NCBI GenBank assembly: GCA_050010515.1 | Contig: JBEKKX010000004.1 | Coordinates: 1-64,000, forward strand | Length of the DNA stretch: 64,000 bases | Source of the DNA: Candidatus Bathyarchaeia archaeon | GTDB lineage: Archaea; Thermoproteota; Bathyarchaeia; Bathyarchaeales; Bathycorpusculaceae | Direction: 5' to 3' | Shown: piece after piece, positions 60,208-64,000 of the stretch | How the letters are laid out: the number at the start of each line of letters is the position of its first letter | Position numbering within the stretch: the first letter of the stretch is position 1 | Program-made: the position numbers and the translations under genes | The notes under the pieces: generated by a model | Seen by the model: only the letters and a program-made list of their open reading frames with translations | Told to the model about the DNA's origin: nothing | The model's database searches: none

Positions 60208-61025
60208 AAGTAGCCTTCCAAGGCGAACGAGGCGCTTACAGCGAAAATGCAGTCTTCCAGTTCTTCGGAGCCGACGCACAGGTTAAACCCTGCAAGGACT
60301 TCAAGGACGTTTTTGACAGCGTATGCGCTCAGGAAACCCAGCACGGCGTCGTCCCCGTTGAAAACAGCTTGGAGGGCAGTGTGACTCAGAACTATGACCT
60401 TTTCCTGAAGTATGATTTGAAAGTGTGCGGCGAAGTCATCGTCAAAGTCGAACACTGTCTCATCGCAAACCCCAATACTGCTTTGGCGGACATCAAAGTT
60501 GTTTACTCACATCCGCAAGCGCTGGCACAGTGCCGAATTTTCTTAGAGGAGTTTGGACGCGAACTCATACCGACATATGACACAGCTGGCAGCGTCAAGA
60601 TGCTCAAGGAAAAAGGCTTAAACAACGCTGCGGCGATTGCAAGCGAAAGAGCAGCCAACATCTACGGTATGCACATCCTCGCCAAAGACATCGCGGACAA
60701 CCCTGAGAACTACACACGGTTCTTCGTCCTGTCCACAGAGGATTCGCCTGCAACGGGTAAAGACAAAACCAGCATAATCTTCTCAGCCGCCCACAAGCCA
60801 GGCTCACTCTACCATGCACTAGGCGAGTTCGCCAAAAGAGACATTAACCTCACCAAAATTGAATCCCGACCCACCAAAGAAACACCGTGGGAATACAACT
60901 TCTACTTGGATTTTGAAGGGCACCGCATTGAGAAGCGATGTGCTGAAGCCTTGAACGCGCTGGAGAAGTATGCAGTGTTCATCAAGATTTTAGGCTCATA
61001 TCCTAAAGCTAAATCGTCACAATAA
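60204..61025 (+). CDS. pheA: Prephenate dehydratase
   Basis: ENSLEGSV, SHPQALAQC, NYTRF, LTKIESRP, ILGSYP. Confidence 0.96.
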   Translation: MKVAFQGERGAYSENAVFQFFGADAQVKPCKDFKDVFDSVCAQETQHGVVPVENSLEGSVTQNYDLFLKYDLKVCGEVIVKVEHCLIANPNTALADIKVVYSHPQALAQCRIFLEEFGRELIPTYDTAGSVKMLKEKGLNNAAAIASERAANIYGMHILAKDIADNPENYTRFFVLSTEDSPATGKDKTSIIFSAAHKPGSLYHALGEFAKRDINLTKIESRPTKETPWEYNFYLDFEGHRIEKRCAEALNALEKYAVFIKILGSYPKAKSSQ

Positions 61026-61040
61026 GCTTAAATGGATGAT

Positions 61041-61058
61041 TGTAACATACTTGTTACA
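61041..61058. promoter_or_regulatory. Perfect palindrome, putative autoregulatory operator of MNT-HEPN
   Basis: TGTAACA-TACT-TGTTACA between a CTTAAAT TATA-like box and ATG 61060. Confidence 0.65.
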
Positions 61059-61059
61059 T

Positions 61060-61608
61060 ATGGAACAAAAAGATTACAAACTTGAGGTAATAAATTTTCT
61101 TGTACAAGAGCGAGGGCATGTGCGAGGAATAGCAAGTAAACTTGGTACAAATCACATGCTTATTGCAAGAAAAATAAATGAGCTGTCAAACGAAAACGTC
61201 GTTGATTTTGTTCAGGAAGGAAAAAACAAGACTTACTTTCTTAAAAAAACGGCAGAGGCAAGAGCATCCATTTTTATGGCAGAAAATTACAAATTGCTTC
61301 AAACCTTAGAGAAGTATCCACGTTTGCGGAACGTAATCGAAAAAATCCAAAGAGACCGAAAAATGTGTTTAGTGCTCCTTTTCGGGTCGTATGCGAAAGG
61401 CACTGCGTTAAAAGACAGTGACATTGACATTTATGTAGAAAGTAGAGACCCGAATCTCAGAAAAAACTTGAAACTGCTCGACTCAAAATTAAGCGTGAAA
61501 ATAGGGGACTATGATAGAGCATCACCACTGATAAAGGAAATTGAAAAGAACCATGTAGCATTAAAAGGGGTTGAGTATTTCTATGAAAAAAATCAGTTTT
61601 TTGAGTAA
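61060..61608 (+). CDS. HTH plus minimal nucleotidyltransferase (MNT antitoxin)
   Basis: N-terminal wHTH (HVRGIASKLG), LFGSYAKG-x-DSDID. Confidence 0.9.
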   Translation: MEQKDYKLEVINFLVQERGHVRGIASKLGTNHMLIARKINELSNENVVDFVQEGKNKTYFLKKTAEARASIFMAENYKLLQTLEKYPRLRNVIEKIQRDRKMCLVLLFGSYAKGTALKDSDIDIYVESRDPNLRKNLKLLDSKLSVKIGDYDRASPLIKEIEKNHVALKGVEYFYEKNQFFE

Positions 61609-62053
61609 ACTCAAAAGAGAAGGTAAACTACAGCTAGTTCCACCAAGCGAAACGATAAAAGATTCCTACTTGAAAAAATCTGAAAGCAATCTTGCCTCCG
61701 CGAAAATCCTTCTAGAAAATGAGCGGCTTGAGGAATCCGTTTCTCTAGCATACTACAGCATGTACAATATGCTAACTGCGATTCTCTTTCAGGTCGGGAT
61801 AAAATGCGAGAACCATACAGCAAGTATAATTTTGCTTAATGCTCTTTTCGGTATAGACAACAACAGCATATCTTCCGCAAAGGAAGAGAGAATTGACAAG
61901 CAATATTACGTAGATTTTAACGTAACGAGGAAAGACACTGTCGAATTGATAGAGACCGCAGAAGAGTTCAACAAGAACCTTTTCGATTTCTCATCAAAAA
62001 TGAATAGTCAGAAAATAAAGGATTACAGAGAGCGGTTTCTGCAGTTAGTTTGA
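61583..62053 (+). CDS. HEPN domain protein (putative toxin)
   Basis: AYYSMY, ENH, RIDKQY (Rx4Y), AEEF. Overlaps the MNT gene. Confidence 0.88.
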   Translation: MKKISFLSKLKREGKLQLVPPSETIKDSYLKKSESNLASAKILLENERLEESVSLAYYSMYNMLTAILFQVGIKCENHTASIILLNALFGIDNNSISSAKEERIDKQYYVDFNVTRKDTVELIETAEEFNKNLFDFSSKMNSQKIKDYRERFLQLV

Positions 62054-62150
62054 AATTAAGCACCGTTCATTTCTGATAATGAACATCACGCCTTATTGTG
62101 CTGCCCTCTTAAAGGGTTTTCTTCTTCATTAAGTTAAGTCCAACCACTTG

Positions 62151-62220
62151 TTGAGCAAGCACGCGGTGTTCATCAAGATTTTAGGCTCATAGTCTTAAGC
62201 CAAAACGTCACAATAAGCTT
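62151..62220 (+). repeat. Degenerate direct repeat of the pheA 3' end (60960-61029)
   Basis: 58/70 identical without gaps, with a 26-bp perfect core GTGTTCATCAAGATTTTAGGCTCATA. Confidence 0.92.
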
Positions 62221-62258
62221 GAACCGAAGCATTTAGTCATCTTTGCAAGCGAATCGAA

Positions 62259-62882
62259 TTATCGTTGGACCACGTTCCTAAAGAAATTCTCGATAACTTT
62301 GTGCCCTTCAGGGCGTGATTCACTTTTTACGTTTATTCGCTCGGGATGAAATTGAACGCCGTAAAATGGTTTACTTTTGTGTTTAACGGCTTCTACTTCG
62401 CATGAAGCAGAATCTGCAAGTAACACCATGCCAGCCTGGTCAAGACTTTCTTTTAAGACATAATCGTAGTGTGACTCAGATAGCGGTATCGTGTCCTGTT
62501 TGGCAAAGCCTGCAAATATTTCGTCAACGTCAACTACCCGAACTTTTTCAAACTGGTCAAAAACTGGTTGAGGAAGTGACCCTACTTTAGCGTCAAATGC
62601 CCAACAAAGCAGTTGATGACCATAGCAAATACCCAGTATGGGTAAGTTACAGGTTTTTATCAAATTAACAACTCCTTCGAACATATGTCTGTCTGAAGGA
62701 TTGACTATTCTAGCTGCAGACCCACTTATGACAACACAGTCTACGTCCTTCTCAACGTGGTAGCCCTCATCGATACCTCTGAATTGGATAACGGTGTAAT
62801 CACTAAATTTTCTAACGGCTTCAAGTAAAGCCTCGTTTGTCGTGGCTTTCAGAGAACAGTTCACAAGCAACGATTTAGTCAT
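62259..62882 (-). CDS. Stand-alone class I glutamine amidotransferase
   Basis: ISGS, GICYGHQ, SHYD, YGVQFHPE. Confidence 0.9.
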   Translation of the reverse strand: MTKSLLVNCSLKATTNEALLEAVRKFSDYTVIQFRGIDEGYHVEKDVDCVVISGSAARIVNPSDRHMFEGVVNLIKTCNLPILGICYGHQLLCWAFDAKVGSLPQPVFDQFEKVRVVDVDEIFAGFAKQDTIPLSESHYDYVLKESLDQAGMVLLADSASCEVEAVKHKSKPFYGVQFHPERINVKSESRPEGHKVIENFFRNVVQR

Positions 62883-62891
62883 CTGAAGTCC

Positions 62892-63767
62892 TTATTCCTC
62901 TGTTGCTTCAAGCATTCGGTACATGGCTTCATAGGATTTGGCGAAGTCGGGATCAACCTTAAGGAGTTTCGCTTTGAGCTGCGCCATCCTGTCGACTATT
63001 GCCTGCGGGTTTTTCTGCTTGATTAAATCAAGCCACTCCTGTGCTTTGGCGATGTAGAGGTCTTCGATTTTTCCCATTTCTGGCAGGTTCATCTGCAGGT
63101 TAGCGTACAGGTCGGGAGTTTCAAGCGCGGTCGCTTCCGCCAAGGTGAACAGCATACGGTAAGTCGTACCTGCAACTTGCTTCGTTTCTGAGAAATCCTT
63201 TTGTCCCAAGAGAGTTTCACAGGCGACGAGACCCAAGAAGTGGGGCAGTCCAAGAACTATGGACATGAGTTCGTCATGTTTTTTAGGGGTCATAATGAAG
63301 ACGCGGGCTTCTTCTTCTTCCAGCCAACTCTTGAAATCCTCAGCAAATTTCTCCTCGGCTGCGTTCGTCGGAGTTAGCACATAGGCTTTGTGTTTGACGC
63401 CCTTGCTGCCTGGCCCGAAAACTGGATGCGTGCCCAAGACCAAGCCGTGTTTGATGTTCTCATGCATAACTTTGACGGGGAACTCCTTGATGGAGCAGAT
63501 GTCCATAACAGCCTGCCCATCATGTACGCTGGAACCTATTTTTTTGACAACCTCTTCGAAGCTGCTAATGGAAACGCATATCATAATTCTGTCTGCCGCT
63601 TTGACAGCTTCTGTGAAATCAGCGGTGGTTTTAACGCCAAACTCCTTGCCCAGTCGTGATAGCTTTTCCTTTTTCCTGTCCGCTAAGATTACGTTATCAC
63701 CTTTCTCCTTGCAGAACTTCGCGAACCAGACACCCATTTTTCCCGCGCCGAGAATCGCGGTTTTCAT
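62892..63767 (-). CDS. tyrA: Prephenate/arogenate dehydrogenase
   Basis: GAGKMG, DICSIK, HPVFGP, HDELMS..LGLPH. Confidence 0.95.
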   Translation of the reverse strand: MKTAILGAGKMGVWFAKFCKEKGDNVILADRKKEKLSRLGKEFGVKTTADFTEAVKAADRIMICVSISSFEEVVKKIGSSVHDGQAVMDICSIKEFPVKVMHENIKHGLVLGTHPVFGPGSKGVKHKAYVLTPTNAAEEKFAEDFKSWLEEEEARVFIMTPKKHDELMSIVLGLPHFLGLVACETLLGQKDFSETKQVAGTTYRMLFTLAEATALETPDLYANLQMNLPEMGKIEDLYIAKAQEWLDLIKQKNPQAIVDRMAQLKAKLLKVDPDFAKSYEAMYRMLEATEE

Positions 63768-64000
63768 TCCAAAGCCTCATATATTATATCGAGACCAGTT
63801 TTGATTTCGTCTCTGGGCGCCGTTAAGGAAATGCGGAAGTGTTCTTTGTAATCGCCGAACGAGGTGCCTGGAGCCACTGCCACACCCTTGTCAAGCAAGT
63901 CTAAGGTGAATTTTTCGGAGTTTAAGCCTGGATGCTTGGGGAAAACGTAGAATGGCGCTTCGGGTTTTGTGAATGAGAGCCCTGCTTTGGCTAAGGTTTT
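63764..64000 (-). CDS. C-terminus of a class I/II PLP aminotransferase (partial, runs off the window)
   Basis: Manual translation gives PEAPFYVFP..GVAVAPGTSFG...HFRISL. Stop overlaps the tyrA ATG. Confidence 0.88.
   Translation of the reverse strand, partial: KTLAKAGLSFTKPEAPFYVFPKHPGLNSEKFTLDLLDKGVAVAPGTSFGDYKEHFRISLTAPRDEIKTGLDIIYEALE

Noticed and set aside
62054-62150. Hairpin GTTCATT-N6-AATGAAC after the HEPN gene as an integron attC site
   Set aside because: No convincing RYYYAAC/GTTRRRY box pair, no array, and no integron integrase in the window.
357-63804. Many ORFs in the track that are antisense to or nested in recognised genes (e.g. 357-770, 4168-4695, 16022-16633, 28542-29309, 59559-60455)
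   Set aside because: Shadow frames of well-supported genes, with no family motifs.

Overview
Archaeal chromosomal window, most likely Bathyarchaeia. This is an inference from ftr without mcr genes, a LysW pathway, the MA1821/MA1822-type homocysteine module, XPB-Bax1, a REC-PAS histidine kinase and frequent TTG/GTG starts. Amino-acid biosynthesis dominates: argG-argH-carA-carB, the homocysteine module, thrC-hom-lysC, thrB, lysW-lysX-lysY-lysZ-lysJ-lysK with a divergent Lrp regulator, ilvBN-leuCDB-leuA-pheA, and aminotransferase-tyrA. Small accessory genes and gene relics sit between these operons. Most notable observations: (1) a preQ1-I-riboswitch-like pseudoknot directly in front of an archaeal queT; (2) a 2165-bp IS6-family element with 24-bp TIRs and an 8-bp TSD carrying a three-gene HicAB-like cargo; (3) an MNT-HEPN module bracketed by a 70-bp duplication of the pheA 3' end; (4) a 27-bp promoter/operator shared (25/27) by the argG and lysW operons; (5) a Val-Leu-Ile-Leu-ending uORF ahead of ilvB; (6) a LysX-like ligase with a ~70-aa insertion; (7) a HAD/polyprenol-kinase fusion. 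No rRNA, canonical tRNA or CRISPR array was seen. All calls come from reading motifs by eye; no database searches were run.
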